Under the pieces are notes generated by a model. That model saw only the letters and a list, made by a program, of their open reading frames with translations. It was not told the origin of the DNA and ran no database searches. The position numbers and the translations under genes are program-made. 61,633 nucleotides of DNA from a virus (lineage: Duplodnaviria > Caudoviricetes): positions 1 to 61,633 of IMG/VR virus record IMGVR_UViG_3300010234_000011; one strand, given 5' to 3'. Each line of letters starts with the position of its first letter. Position 1 is the stretch's first letter. Shown piece after piece: positions 29,084-38,529 of this stretch.

Positions 29084-30619
29084 TTAGAGGTCCCAGAGTA
29101 CCATTGTACCGGCTTCAGACCCGTTGTGACTGATTGTACAAGTGCCAGAAGCATCACTTGTTCCAGAACACTGGTTACACCACTCAGTGGTACGAATATC
29201 CACTTCTGAGTCTTCAGCGCCGGTTATGTTTGTAAAGGTCGGAGCACCCTGCGACTGGTTGGCGTTACCACCACTCCACATGATAACACTGCCTGATCCG
29301 GCGGCTGTTAGGCTTATTTCGGTCGTGCCGCCAGAGTTATTACTGCTGACACCAGTTTGGCTGGGCGTGAGGCCACCACTTCGTATCAACCTGTACCTAG
29401 AGCATGTACCTTGGAAGACATTATTTATGCTCTGGTTTATTACAATGTCGCCAGAAGTTCCCGTAGGTACAGCAGCCCCGTAGATCATGTACCACTCACC
29501 ATCACCATCAGCAGTTGCCGTAGTCCCCAATTGAGTTGCTGTTACACCGCCGATAGTGACAGAAGTAACGGGGTCGCTCAAAGAGGTGCCAACAAATATG
29601 CCAAAGGCACAGATGATATATCTGTTGCTATCTGCGGCACCAAAGGACGCACTTGACTGTGTGTAAGAGGTCCTAGTTGTTTCGTCAGACCAAGTGTTGG
29701 TCCCTAGGTAGCTGTATCCTAGGGCAACATTGTCCCAAGAAATGGCCCCGTCGTTATTGAAGGTGTAAACATTGGTAGCACCCTCTGTAGTAACTACTGG
29801 GCTTCCGCTAGTGTAGATAGCTGCTGTTTCTGAGCGCAGCACTACGACGCCTGATCCACCAGCCCCGCCCTCAGAGTAAGTTGCAGCGACCGCTGCTCTC
29901 GCGCCACCACCACCGCCGCCAGTATTTGCTGTACCAGCCTCGCCGTATGTGTCGCCCGCGGACCCATCGCCACCACCACCAAGTCCACCAAGGCCGATAT
30001 CTGCAATATCACCTCCCGGTGCGCCACCGCCTCCGCCGCCGCCATAGTAAGTTCCGGAACCTGTGGGCCACTCTATACCGTCCCCACCATCGCCGCCTTG
30101 TGTATTTGCATCTTCACCCGCAGCCCCAGCGCCGCCTCCGCCCGCGCCTGCCCAAGCGGAGGCAACTCCATTAGTAGCGTCCCCACCATCAAACCCTGCA
30201 TCATTATCAACGCCAGTGTTCGTAGAGGGTTGGGTTGCTGTGCCGCCCGTGCGCGTCCCGCTCGATGGCAGACTCGCACCGCCGCCAGAACCACCGTTGG
30301 CCCCGTTCGTCTGGGAAGAGTTAAAACTACCACCACCGCCGCCGCCCTCTGCGGTTTTACCAAAGAAGGTACTGTCGCCGCCAGAAGTGGGGATTGTTGG
30401 CGAGGCGGTTCCGAATGCTCCCGCGCCGCCAGCACCTACAACAATGGTTTTTGTGCCCGGTTCATCATTGATATCAAAGGTTCCGGTAACAACGCCACCG
30501 CCGCCTCCGCCACCTGCGTGACGCTTACCCCCACCACCACCACCGGCAACAATGAGATATTCAACGATAGACGATAGAGCGCCGCCACCGCCAACGAACA
30601 TCTGCATGATCCCGGTCAT
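29084..30619 (-). CDS. glycine-rich tail fibre/adhesin
   Basis: ATG 30619 overlapping the previous stop; EYLIVAGGGGGG, many poly-Gly tracts, GGAGGSGVVVLR; beta-rich C-terminal domain. Confidence 0.75.
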   Translation of the reverse strand: MTGIMQMFVGGGGALSSIVEYLIVAGGGGGGKRHAGGGGGGGVVTGTFDINDEPGTKTIVVGAGGAGAFGTASPTIPTSGGDSTFFGKTAEGGGGGGSFNSSQTNGANGGSGGGASLPSSGTRTGGTATQPSTNTGVDNDAGFDGGDATNGVASAWAGAGGGGAGAAGEDANTQGGDGGDGIEWPTGSGTYYGGGGGGGAPGGDIADIGLGGLGGGGDGSAGDTYGEAGTANTGGGGGGARAAVAATYSEGGAGGSGVVVLRSETAAIYTSGSPVVTTEGATNVYTFNNDGAISWDNVALGYSYLGTNTWSDETTRTSYTQSSASFGAADSNRYIICAFGIFVGTSLSDPVTSVTIGGVTATQLGTTATADGDGEWYMIYGAAVPTGTSGDIVINQSINNVFQGTCSRYRLIRSGGLTPSQTGVSSNNSGGTTEISLTAAGSGSVIMWSGGNANQSQGAPTFTNITGAEDSEVDIRTTEWCNQCSGTSDASGTCTISHNGSEAGTMVLWDL

Positions 30620-31620
30620 CAGCTCACATTCCCCGTGACTACGCATACAGTACCGGAAATGAACAGGATGGTTGCCACCCCACGGGTAGCTAGGGTCATC
30701 GCAGCATCATTAGCATCTGTACCGGCAATATAGGCTGTAGTGATCGTACAGGTGATCGTGATGTCCCCCGTAGTATTGTTGAAGATGCTTATCGCATCCC
30801 CTTCGCTGAAGGTAGCGTCAGGGATCGTGATCGACCCACCGGTGCCTACCTGCACATACTTTCCGACATCTCCTGTGGCTAGGGTGTAGCTGCCAGTCTT
30901 AGTGCCTACAGCGGGAAGGTCCAAAAAACCGACACCGTTAGTGCCATCGACCGTCAGGGTGTTACTTGCGCCACTGATAGTCTTGTTGGTCAGGGTCTGG
31001 CTGCCTGCCTCCGTGACCACGGTGCCGCTGTTTACGCCGACCTGAACAAATATCTCCCAAGTCGTACCGTCGTAGACAAACCGGACCAAGGCACCGCCTA
31101 TGTCCATTGTCATGTCGGCGGCGTCCCCCTCAATAGTGGAGCCGTTCCGACCTATCGTGAGGTTGTTGGCGCTCCAGTCATCGGGGTCTGCGACAGTCAC
31201 CGTATCGCCTGTAGCGGGACTCGCCGGTAGGGTTAGCGTCCAAGTGCCGCCGTTCGTGTCAGCTAGAATACTCTCTCCGGCCACTGCTGTGTACGTCGTG
31301 GTCTTGCTTAGGAATGCCGCGCCAGCAAAATCCGCAGCGATAGCCGAAACGAAAACCACCGCGCTCCCAGTAAGAGAAATGGCGGAATCAGCGTTGCTAC
31401 TCTCGATAACAGAACGCGACAGGGTCGTCCCAGAAGCGGTGTATGTGCCGTCACCGATTTCCCAGCTAACGCCGTCTTCGATGACGTAACGGACGACATC
31501 TGCGTCCACCACCCCGGCATCAGCAAAGCTCTGGTATCCAGTATCCGCCGAACCAAGCGTGATCGTCCCCGTACCAACCGTGGCCGTGGTCATCTTCGCC
31601 CGATTTACGAGGACTACCAT
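30619..31620 (-). CDS. tail fibre protein
   Basis: L.NRAK.TT.T.GTGTITLGSA anchor; TLTLPASP.TGD.V; QTLTNKTI fibre motif. Confidence 0.75.
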   Translation of the reverse strand: MVVLVNRAKMTTATVGTGTITLGSADTGYQSFADAGVVDADVVRYVIEDGVSWEIGDGTYTASGTTLSRSVIESSNADSAISLTGSAVVFVSAIAADFAGAAFLSKTTTYTAVAGESILADTNGGTWTLTLPASPATGDTVTVADPDDWSANNLTIGRNGSTIEGDAADMTMDIGGALVRFVYDGTTWEIFVQVGVNSGTVVTEAGSQTLTNKTISGASNTLTVDGTNGVGFLDLPAVGTKTGSYTLATGDVGKYVQVGTGGSITIPDATFSEGDAISIFNNTTGDITITCTITTAYIAGTDANDAAMTLATRGVATILFISGTVCVVTGNVS

Positions 31621-31628
31621 TCTGTGTC

Positions 31629-32063
31629 CTACGCAATACGAATTATGGCGTTGCTAGCGTCAGCAGTCGGGAACGTCACAACGAAATCGCCCGCCGTAGC
31701 CGTCTTGTCCGCGCCGAAGTCCAGAACACAGACGGTCCCCGTGCCCAGCGTGGAGTTGTAGATCAGCGCGCCGCGAGCCGTGAAAGTGGCCGTAGACCAA
31801 GTGCTGTCCGCAAAGTCCGTGAGTCCGGTGGTGCCCGAAGTTGTGGGCGTCACGTTAGTCAACGTGTTGCCACCAGCAACATACGCTGTACCGGAAATCT
31901 CATTAGTGACAGTGTAATCCGTCGTGGCCGCAGTAAACGATGCGTTGTTGTCATACAGCGCGATCTTGAACGTATCACCTGTTGTCAGCGTGAAGTTGTG
32001 TTTCGCCTCCATAACTTCGCCTTTGAACGAAGTGCAGAGGAAGTCACCAGTAAAAGCCATCAC
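31629..32063 (-). CDS. tail-associated structural protein
   Basis: FK.E.....HNF...GDTFKIALY...YVAGG..L...ARGALIYN...VLDFG.DK pattern. Confidence 0.7.
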   Translation of the reverse strand: MMAFTGDFLCTSFKGEVMEAKHNFTLTTGDTFKIALYDNNASFTAATTDYTVTNEISGTAYVAGGNTLTNVTPTTSGTTGLTDFADSTWSTATFTARGALIYNSTLGTGTVCVLDFGADKTATAGDFVVTFPTADASNAIIRIA

Positions 32064-32335
32064 AGCCTCCTTATCATGTTACCGAGTTGTTCGTGCCCAG
32101 CGTCCTTCAGGGCATTGTATACTGTAGTTCTGTCGCTCTGAATAGCACGGTCTAGGTACATCCGTATCAGAACTTCAGCGTGGGCCTTGAACGCATGGGC
32201 CTGATCCCGGATGGCAGGTGGCGCAGTGTCAGATACGGCCACCAGCTTGTCAGCGCACTGCTTGGCAAGTTCTTCCGACGTGAACCCCCTGTTATGGGTT
32301 GTCAGAACGTTAACGCCATTGAGGTGCATGTTCAT
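32060..32335 (-). CDS. hypothetical protein of the structural block
   Basis: 91 aa, overlapping both neighbours. Confidence 0.65.
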   Translation of the reverse strand: MNMHLNGVNVLTTHNRGFTSEELAKQCADKLVAVSDTAPPAIRDQAHAFKAHAEVLIRMYLDRAIQSDRTTVYNALKDAGHEQLGNMIRRL

Positions 32336-32973
32336 CTTGACGGCTCCCCGCCTCTATATGTGTCCATCATCGAACGTCTGGCAATGCCGTTTACCTGCGC
32401 CAGTGCCTCTTGGTAGCGCGCCTCGTACTGCTGCATCAGGTCGGCCTCGCCCTTCATGAACGTGTACGCCTCTACTAGCGTTCCGTATAGGAGCGCCGTT
32501 TCGGCATTATCGCCCAGCCAAGATGTGGCGCTGGTGACGATGGACGGAGGATCGAAGTAGTAATGCAGTTCCACCGTGTAACTAAGTGTGGGCGTAGGGC
32601 CGATCAGGAAGTGCCCGTCACTGGAGGCATCATCGCCGTCAAACTGCGCGTAATACTTAGGAACCCCGGTCGTGGCAGCGGCAGGGTACGCCTCCCGGAT
32701 GAAGTTGGAGTCCTTCTCGATCAGGTAGGTATGCTCACTATCCGCGTCGATAGTCGCCAACGAGAACGGAACAAGGAAATCACTAGGCCGTGCAAGGTAC
32801 TTACTGTCCGCAGCTAATGTAGCTGTGGAGTTTTTACGCAGCTCTGGGATCAGAATTGTCCGAAAGATACGCTCCTCGGCCTGACGAATGAACGTAGGAA
32901 TTTGGGCGACGAAAGTCGTCTCCGCATACTCCGTGTAGTTCTGGACCGCCGTAGTGAGTTCTGTGTAGTTCAT
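32332..32973 (-). CDS. head-tail adaptor / tail tubular protein A-like
   Basis: MNY.EL..A...Y.E...IPTFI.QAEERI, G.PKYYA, GPTP...Y.VELHY, LLYG.LVEA..FMK. Confidence 0.7.
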   Translation of the reverse strand: MNYTELTTAVQNYTEYAETTFVAQIPTFIRQAEERIFRTILIPELRKNSTATLAADSKYLARPSDFLVPFSLATIDADSEHTYLIEKDSNFIREAYPAAATTGVPKYYAQFDGDDASSDGHFLIGPTPTLSYTVELHYYFDPPSIVTSATSWLGDNAETALLYGTLVEAYTFMKGEADLMQQYEARYQEALAQVNGIARRSMMDTYRGGEPSR

Positions 32974-32976
32974 GGC

Positions 32977-33252
32977 TTATCCATCGCGCGTGAAGCGCCC
33001 GCCACGGGTGGCAGCGCCCATTCCCTTACAGACCATGCCGCCCTTGGCCATCTTCTTGGTATTTCGCCGCGGGTTTTTCTTCGGTCTCGTCTGGCCCTCC
33101 TCGGGCGACGGAGGGTACTGATCCGCATTCTCGGCGGTGGGCGAGAGGTTCTCCTCGGGGGGCCGTGGCTTCGGCCGCTTCGTAGGCTTCGTAGGCTTCT
33201 TGCGGTCTTTCACCCGCCGCAGGACTTTAGGGCGCATAACTGTACCGGGCAT
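32977..33252 (-). CDS. small basic protein
   Basis: Lys/Arg/Pro-rich; MAKGG.V.KG.GAATRG..F C-terminus. Confidence 0.6.
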   Translation of the reverse strand: MPGTVMRPKVLRRVKDRKKPTKPTKRPKPRPPEENLSPTAENADQYPPSPEEGQTRPKKNPRRNTKKMAKGGMVCKGMGAATRGGRFTRDG

Positions 33253-33253
33253 C

Positions 33254-33568
33254 TCAGTCTCCTATTACTGTGACAGTACCAACACTGCCGACCATGTAGA
33301 ACATATTAGCACCAACCGGGTCCCAGCTGGATAGAGCGCGGCTGGTCGTCAGACCGGTATCGGGCCGCGCATCCCTTAGCGTCTGCGGATCGAAGATACG
33401 CACCTTGCCCAAGAAGTTCTGCGGGTGGTCCAAGTCTACTACATCTTTACCAATCCGCATACCGGTCTTTGTACCGTTCTTGTACTCCCAAACAAGGTCC
33501 GCAAGTGGGTATCTGGCCCCGGTGCGGTCGCAGTAGCCGAACGCGTATTTACCCTTAGCGTAGGCCAT
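33254..33568 (-). CDS. small structural-block protein
   Basis: YAKGKYA.G.CDRTG..Y.L..L, D.DHPQ, LRDARPD; ends GSVGTVTV. Confidence 0.7.
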   Translation of the reverse strand: MAYAKGKYAFGYCDRTGARYPLADLVWEYKNGTKTGMRIGKDVVDLDHPQNFLGKVRIFDPQTLRDARPDTGLTTSRALSSWDPVGANMFYMVGSVGTVTVIGD

Positions 33569-34233
33569 CAGTGGGCTCCATACGGACGAATATAGAACGA
33601 CGCTCTGGTCTCATCCTCGTCCGCCGCCATCTGGAACTGCTGTTCATAGTCCTGCTTTAGCATAGGGACGCGCGCCGCCGCTTCCGGCTTCTTGGCCGCT
33701 ATATTGAGCGCGAGCCCCGCGACCAGCGCCGGTACAAAGCGCTGGGGCACGCTAGCCGTCGTCCCTACGCCCGACGAAACCCCGTCGATGCCGACAAGCC
33801 TGTAGTACGCCAGCGTGTAAGTGCTAGCATCAGGAACCGGCCACAGCGTGGCTGTAACTGAAGTTGTGCCTCGGTCCACGTAAATCTGAGTCGGCCGACC
33901 CTCACTGTTCTTATTGGTCTGCTGCGCGTACGTAGACACGCTGATCCTCTGCAGGGTGGTATCCACCTGACTTGTCCCAGTCCCGGTCCGCAGCTGGTGC
34001 TCGATGAGGTCGATTGTATCCGTAGGCATGGTGTATGTAGCCGTGCCGTCGGTCAGGGCCTGCGTGCCCGCAGCAATCGTGAACAAGTTAAGTCCGCGGT
34101 TCTGCCACTCGATAGTGAGCAGGTTCAGACTGCGCCGGATCGTGCGAAGATCGTAGCCACTGCGCATTTCTACACCGGCCCGCTCGTACGCTTCCTCAAA
34201 CAGCTCAGAAAGTTCTGGTACGACTACTGCCAT
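33568..34233 (-). CDS. head completion / DNA stabilisation protein (P22 gp4-like)
   Basis: EEAYERAG...RSGYDLRT.RRSLNLL..EWQNRGLN, GRPTQ.Y, LWPVPD. Confidence 0.7.
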   Translation of the reverse strand: MAVVVPELSELFEEAYERAGVEMRSGYDLRTIRRSLNLLTIEWQNRGLNLFTIAAGTQALTDGTATYTMPTDTIDLIEHQLRTGTGTSQVDTTLQRISVSTYAQQTNKNSEGRPTQIYVDRGTTSVTATLWPVPDASTYTLAYYRLVGIDGVSSGVGTTASVPQRFVPALVAGLALNIAAKKPEAAARVPMLKQDYEQQFQMAADEDETRASFYIRPYGAH

Positions 34234-36407
34234 GGTGCCCCCGGTACCCCCGCGATACCTGCCGCAGCGGCGGCGCTAACGTCAGGGTGTGAAAAATAAT
34301 ACGACGAGGGAGCCACTGGTACGGGTGAAGGTACATACGGTGGAACCACAGGTCCGGGAGCGGGGGCGACGGGCGGCCACGGTACGCCCGGCGGCCACCA
34401 AGACGGAGCCTCGTCAGGTAGAGGGGGCGTGCCCCCATCGTCTCTATCGTCGCGGTCCTCACCGCGTCTCCATCGGCGGCTGTCGCCGTTGCGGCGTTGC
34501 GCAGAAGAAACATATCGTTCAGCGGGATTGTTAGGGTCCCCTAGGGGAATACCGCCCATAGCATTGATACCCATACCGGCCAAACCGAACAGCGGGTTGA
34601 CCGCCCCCGCGAGCGCGAGCGCGCCCCTCGGGATTTTTCGGCTCGACTCAAAGGAGGGGTCGAACTCGTTGGCAATCGACCCCATCGGGGCATCGGAAGC
34701 GGTAGCAGGAGCAGGAGCCGCCCCCACGTAAGTTTCGAGCTCGTCGCCTGGGACTACTGGCAAACCGCCGGGGTCGTAGTCCTCTGGGGGACTGTTCTGG
34801 ACAACTACGGGATCACTAGAGGGGTATTCCCCTTCAGGGCGGGCCCGGGGGCGAGTACCGGGGATGCCAGCAGGTGTCGCAGCCTCGAGCGACGGCTGCG
34901 CCCCCCAATATTCCGGAAACCTCTGCCCCATAGTTTGGCGGGCATAGGCCTCTTGCGCGCGCGCGTTATACTCCGCCTCAGTCTCGTCGGGCCGCTCGTT
35001 CGCTAGTGCATTCCGCTGCTCCGACGAGACGGGACCACCCTGCGTCGTGGGCGCAGTCGTACCAGCGGCAGCGGCCTCCCTCGCATTCGCGGAAATCTGC
35101 GCACCGGATTGGCTATAGCCGCCGCCAGCCGCTAACGATTCTAGCACGCGCTGATCCGCAGCCAACCGCGCGGCCTGTTCCTCGCGGTTGGCTGCGCTTA
35201 TACGGGCCTGCGTTGCGTTGGTTACCGGCACTTGGTCAGGGTAGGGGGCAGTAAAATCCTCTGCAATGCGCGGGTACCGGGGAGTCGGCTCCAATCCTCC
35301 AAATGCGGGGTCGAGGTCTGCTTTCTGTTGCGCCGATAAAATGGGACGCGTCCGACGTGGCTGCGGTTGCTGCGTGACTCCTCCGAACTGATTGCGCATC
35401 CAGTCTGGTAAATTAGCCTGCTGCGCAGCCCCCGCCGCCATCTCTGCCTCAGTTGGGATTTCCTTGTAGTCGGCGCCATATATTCGCGCATACGGGTCGC
35501 CGGACTGCGGCTGTTGAGCCCCCGCATTCGCGGTTTGAATCCCCCTATTGATAGCTTCGCGTACGTCATTGGGGGCCATCGTTGACGGAGCTGGGTAGGC
35601 CGGACCCTGCATCGGACCGGGGTAGGCCGGACCCTGCATCGGACCGGGGTAGGCCGGACCCTGCATCGGACCGGGGTAGGCCGGACCCTGCATCGGACCG
35701 GGGTAGGCCGGACCCTGCATCGGACCGGGGTAGGCCGGACCCTGCATCGGACCGGGGTAGGCCGGACCCTGCATCGGAGAAAACCCGAAATCGTGGGGCC
35801 TCGCCTTTGGCGGCGTCGCCCCGGCCTCCGGCGCGGCACGTGCGTATGCGTCCCGCAAGCCCGCGGCCTCTATCTCTGCCAACTGGGCCATACCCGCAAT
35901 AGTTTGGTGTGCGGGGGGGCCGCCCGTAAGCGCAGTTCTCGCAAGACTCGGCCCTTGGCCGTAGCCTACAGCGTCGGTAACCGCCTGCGGCCCTCCATAT
36001 CCAAGAAGTCTCTGAGCGACAGGACTCGCGCGGTTCACCGCCGCTGCTATTCCGGCGGAACCAGCGGAGCCGGTATTGCCGAAGCCTAAGTTAACGTTGT
36101 TCCCGTAGCTGGTTGCCCGCGCCTGCGGCACAGAGCTGCCGAACGACAGACTAGGGCTACTCCCCGTCGATGCCTTAGGATTACTATTGCCCCCGGTCGA
36201 GACATACCGCTCGGAATCCTGCGACGAACTTTTGGACTTATTGTTGCTCCCAGTAGACTTATAGCGCTGAACGTCCGCGCCGCTCACGTTCGCGGAAATC
36301 TGGGCACGGGACTGACTGAAGCCGCCGCTGCTAACGGGCTTGGGCTTATCAACTTTAGCCTTCTTAGGCTCCGCTACAGATGCCCATGAATTACCTACCG
36401 CCGCCAT
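34224..36407 (-). CDS. long low-complexity (Pro/Gly/Ala/Gln) probably disordered protein
   Basis: 727-aa ORF with RBS ggggg, co-directional within the structural operon. Confidence 0.65.
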   Translation of the reverse strand: MAAVGNSWASVAEPKKAKVDKPKPVSSGGFSQSRAQISANVSGADVQRYKSTGSNNKSKSSSQDSERYVSTGGNSNPKASTGSSPSLSFGSSVPQARATSYGNNVNLGFGNTGSAGSAGIAAAVNRASPVAQRLLGYGGPQAVTDAVGYGQGPSLARTALTGGPPAHQTIAGMAQLAEIEAAGLRDAYARAAPEAGATPPKARPHDFGFSPMQGPAYPGPMQGPAYPGPMQGPAYPGPMQGPAYPGPMQGPAYPGPMQGPAYPGPMQGPAYPAPSTMAPNDVREAINRGIQTANAGAQQPQSGDPYARIYGADYKEIPTEAEMAAGAAQQANLPDWMRNQFGGVTQQPQPRRTRPILSAQQKADLDPAFGGLEPTPRYPRIAEDFTAPYPDQVPVTNATQARISAANREEQAARLAADQRVLESLAAGGGYSQSGAQISANAREAAAAGTTAPTTQGGPVSSEQRNALANERPDETEAEYNARAQEAYARQTMGQRFPEYWGAQPSLEAATPAGIPGTRPRARPEGEYPSSDPVVVQNSPPEDYDPGGLPVVPGDELETYVGAAPAPATASDAPMGSIANEFDPSFESSRKIPRGALALAGAVNPLFGLAGMGINAMGGIPLGDPNNPAERYVSSAQRRNGDSRRWRRGEDRDDRDDGGTPPLPDEAPSWWPPGVPWPPVAPAPGPVVPPYVPSPVPVAPSSYYFSHPDVSAAAAAGIAGVPGAPWQ
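35593..35778. repeat. perfect 27-bp tandem repeat (6 full copies plus 1 partial)
   Basis: Unit gggtaggccggaccctgcatcggaccg; encodes GPMQGPAYP on the - strand. Confidence 0.95.
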
Positions 36408-36419
36408 GAGTCAGCCCCC

Positions 36420-36692
36420 TCAGCTATAAAAGATCGTCGCCGACGTGACGTTCGTAGCAGCGGATACCCAAGGATCACCCCTGATACCGTTGTCGGGGAT
36501 GAAAATCTCAAACCCAGCGTTCTGGGCAAGATCGACGTCAACAAGTGTATCGCCGCCGTTGCCGTTTGTGATTGTCAAACGTCCAGCGCCGACATTATCA
36601 ACCAGACCGACAATATAGCGCATACGAACCGTGCCAACAGCTACATCTCCGGTGGCAGTAACACGTTTAGATGCGCAGTCAGATAGGGACAT
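36420..36692 (-). CDS. small beta-rich virion protein
   Basis: 90 aa, RBS ggag, within the head gene block. Confidence 0.65.
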   Translation of the reverse strand: MSLSDCASKRVTATGDVAVGTVRMRYIVGLVDNVGAGRLTITNGNGGDTLVDVDLAQNAGFEIFIPDNGIRGDPWVSAATNVTSATIFYS

Positions 36693-36742
36693 CTCAGTAC
36701 TCCATTGCTAGTAGGGGCGGGAAGTCCCGCCCCCGTATTTCC

Positions 36743-36853
36743 TTAACTACCGCTGCGACGCCGCTGGACAACCAGATCGGCGCGTTTGACAGGTTTCGGC
36801 GGGGCCTTCTTGGCCACCGCCTTCTTCACAGCCGTTTTCAGTTTACCAGCCAT
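36743..36853 (-). CDS. 36-aa basic peptide
   Basis: aaggag RBS, ATG 36853; MAGKLKTAVKKAVAKKAPPKPVKRADLVVQRRRSGS. Confidence 0.5.
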   Translation of the reverse strand: MAGKLKTAVKKAVAKKAPPKPVKRADLVVQRRRSGS

Positions 36854-36864
36854 CAGATAGCTCC

Positions 36865-37482
36865 TTAGTTGTCTGCGTAGCCGTGCATCTCGATCAGGAA
36901 CTTGCCCGCAGTGTAGGTGGCCGCAGTGTCTCCGGTGCCCGCAGCCAAGTAGAGGTAGTAGTCTGCGGTCGGCCATGCAGTGAACACGTCAGTGGCCCCC
37001 AAAGTCGCGTCTCCGGCGTTAATCAACTGCGCGTAGTTCGTAAGACCCGTGACGTCAGCGCCGAGAACGCCCGTGGCAACCGAGGCATTGGACAAATCAA
37101 TATCGTTGTCCCCGCCAGCGGGGGTTTCCAGACATGTCATTGAACCTGCGTAGATCGTGCCGTTGTTCGCAGCGGTGACTTGGCCGAGGTGGGCCGCGCT
37201 GGCCCCAGTGCCGATGATGTCGTTGGCCGTGGCCACAGAGTCCAGACCCGTCAGGTCAATGTAGATGCGCGTGTAGAAGTGAGTGATGCCGTCCATAACG
37301 GTCTTGACGACCGAGGCTTTATAGATCGTGCCCGTGCCGTCAGAAATGCCGGAGCCTTCGGTCATTGGTGCCGAAGTCGTAACGCCGCGTGTCTGGGTAT
37401 ATACACCAGTCGTGGCGTTCTTGGAAACCTCAAGGAAGCCGTTCTGAGAGCGGACTGCCCCAGTAAAAGTTGTAGTAGCCAT
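36865..37482 (-). CDS. virion structural protein (head decoration-like)
   Basis: MATTTF.G.VRS.NGF start; beta-rich; strong RBS caggag. Confidence 0.65.
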   Translation of the reverse strand: MATTTFTGAVRSQNGFLEVSKNATTGVYTQTRGVTTSAPMTEGSGISDGTGTIYKASVVKTVMDGITHFYTRIYIDLTGLDSVATANDIIGTGASAAHLGQVTAANNGTIYAGSMTCLETPAGGDNDIDLSNASVATGVLGADVTGLTNYAQLINAGDATLGATDVFTAWPTADYYLYLAAGTGDTAATYTAGKFLIEMHGYADN

Positions 37483-37566
37483 GTCTATCTCCTGTCGTGG
37501 CTAGTGTCAGACGCACCATGCGCCTGTCAGGGATGCGAGCATCCTACACCTACCTCGTACGAATAG

Positions 37567-38412
37567 CTAGGGAAGAAGCGCAGCTATACCTTCCGGTCTG
37601 GGTTTGGGTCCGGATACACGGGCGTCTCTGTTTATCTTCCGGTGGGCTGCGACAACGGCCTCCCACATTTTGGGGCTGGGATCGGCGTACCCGGGACCCT
37701 CGGTTAGAAAATCAGGAGGGTACACCTCATCTGTCTTGGGTTGTGCCAGAGCATCCATACGGTACCTCTTATCGCCGATACGCGCACTGATCTCACCGGG
37801 ACGTAGAAAATACTCGGCTAGGGCCGCCCTACTTACCCCATCCCAATAGGGCATATTCGGGGTAAGGTCATATAGTTGCTCCTCATATACGTCGCCCTTT
37901 GGCGCGTAAGGCTCGCCCATACTCGTAAGATCGTCTACTCCATGCCCGACCTCATGCCCTAGTGTAATGTCCTCAGCGGAGTAATGATTCTGGTACGACT
38001 GGCTTGGTTCATCCCAATAGCTGGCCTTATTGGGAGTATCTCGGATGTATCCACGTACCCCAAACAGACGACCGTACCTACCGGCAAGCTCGGAGTCCTC
38101 CGGCCTAGGGCGTAGAGTTACCAGCGTTTGCGCTAGACCGGGAATCTGGTCGAAATCCTCTTCGCTACTCAAATAGTCGGATACCGTGTTTTCCACATAG
38201 CTGTTTGGCTCCCACCCCTCCATAACTTCGGCAAACTTCCCCGTAGATTCAAAGTCCGCCCAAGTGTACGGCGTACCCTGATCTAGCCCCATCCACACGC
38301 CTTCCCCGAAAAGCGCCAGCGTCTCTTCCCATATCTCCCGCTCGTCAGCGCCCTGAAGCGACATCGACCGGGCGTGGGACTCGGCCTCACCATCTGTTGG
38401 AACCCATGCCAT
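37567..38412 (-). CDS. LPD23-like / zincin (HExxH) protein
   Basis: Start reassigned to 38412 (aaggaag RBS); A..M...G....IW.ET N-terminus; TLGHEVGHGVD; YFLRPGEISAR. Confidence 0.6.
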   Translation of the reverse strand: MAWVPTDGEAESHARSMSLQGADEREIWEETLALFGEGVWMGLDQGTPYTWADFESTGKFAEVMEGWEPNSYVENTVSDYLSSEEDFDQIPGLAQTLVTLRPRPEDSELAGRYGRLFGVRGYIRDTPNKASYWDEPSQSYQNHYSAEDITLGHEVGHGVDDLTSMGEPYAPKGDVYEEQLYDLTPNMPYWDGVSRAALAEYFLRPGEISARIGDKRYRMDALAQPKTDEVYPPDFLTEGPGYADPSPKMWEAVVAAHRKINRDARVSGPKPRPEGIAALLP

Positions 38413-38469
38413 AGCTACTTCCTTATGCTGCGTGCAGCATACACATACTGGCAGCGTCGAGCTAGGATG

Positions 38470-38494
38470 AAAAAGGCCCCTCCGAAGAGGGGCC
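38470..38494 (-). terminator. rho-independent terminator after the major capsid gene
   Basis: - strand ggcccct-cTTCGg-aggggcc-ttttt with a cUUCGg tetraloop. Confidence 0.9.
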
Positions 38495-38529
38495 AATTAC
38501 TCGTTACGCACTTGATCTAACCGGCTAAA

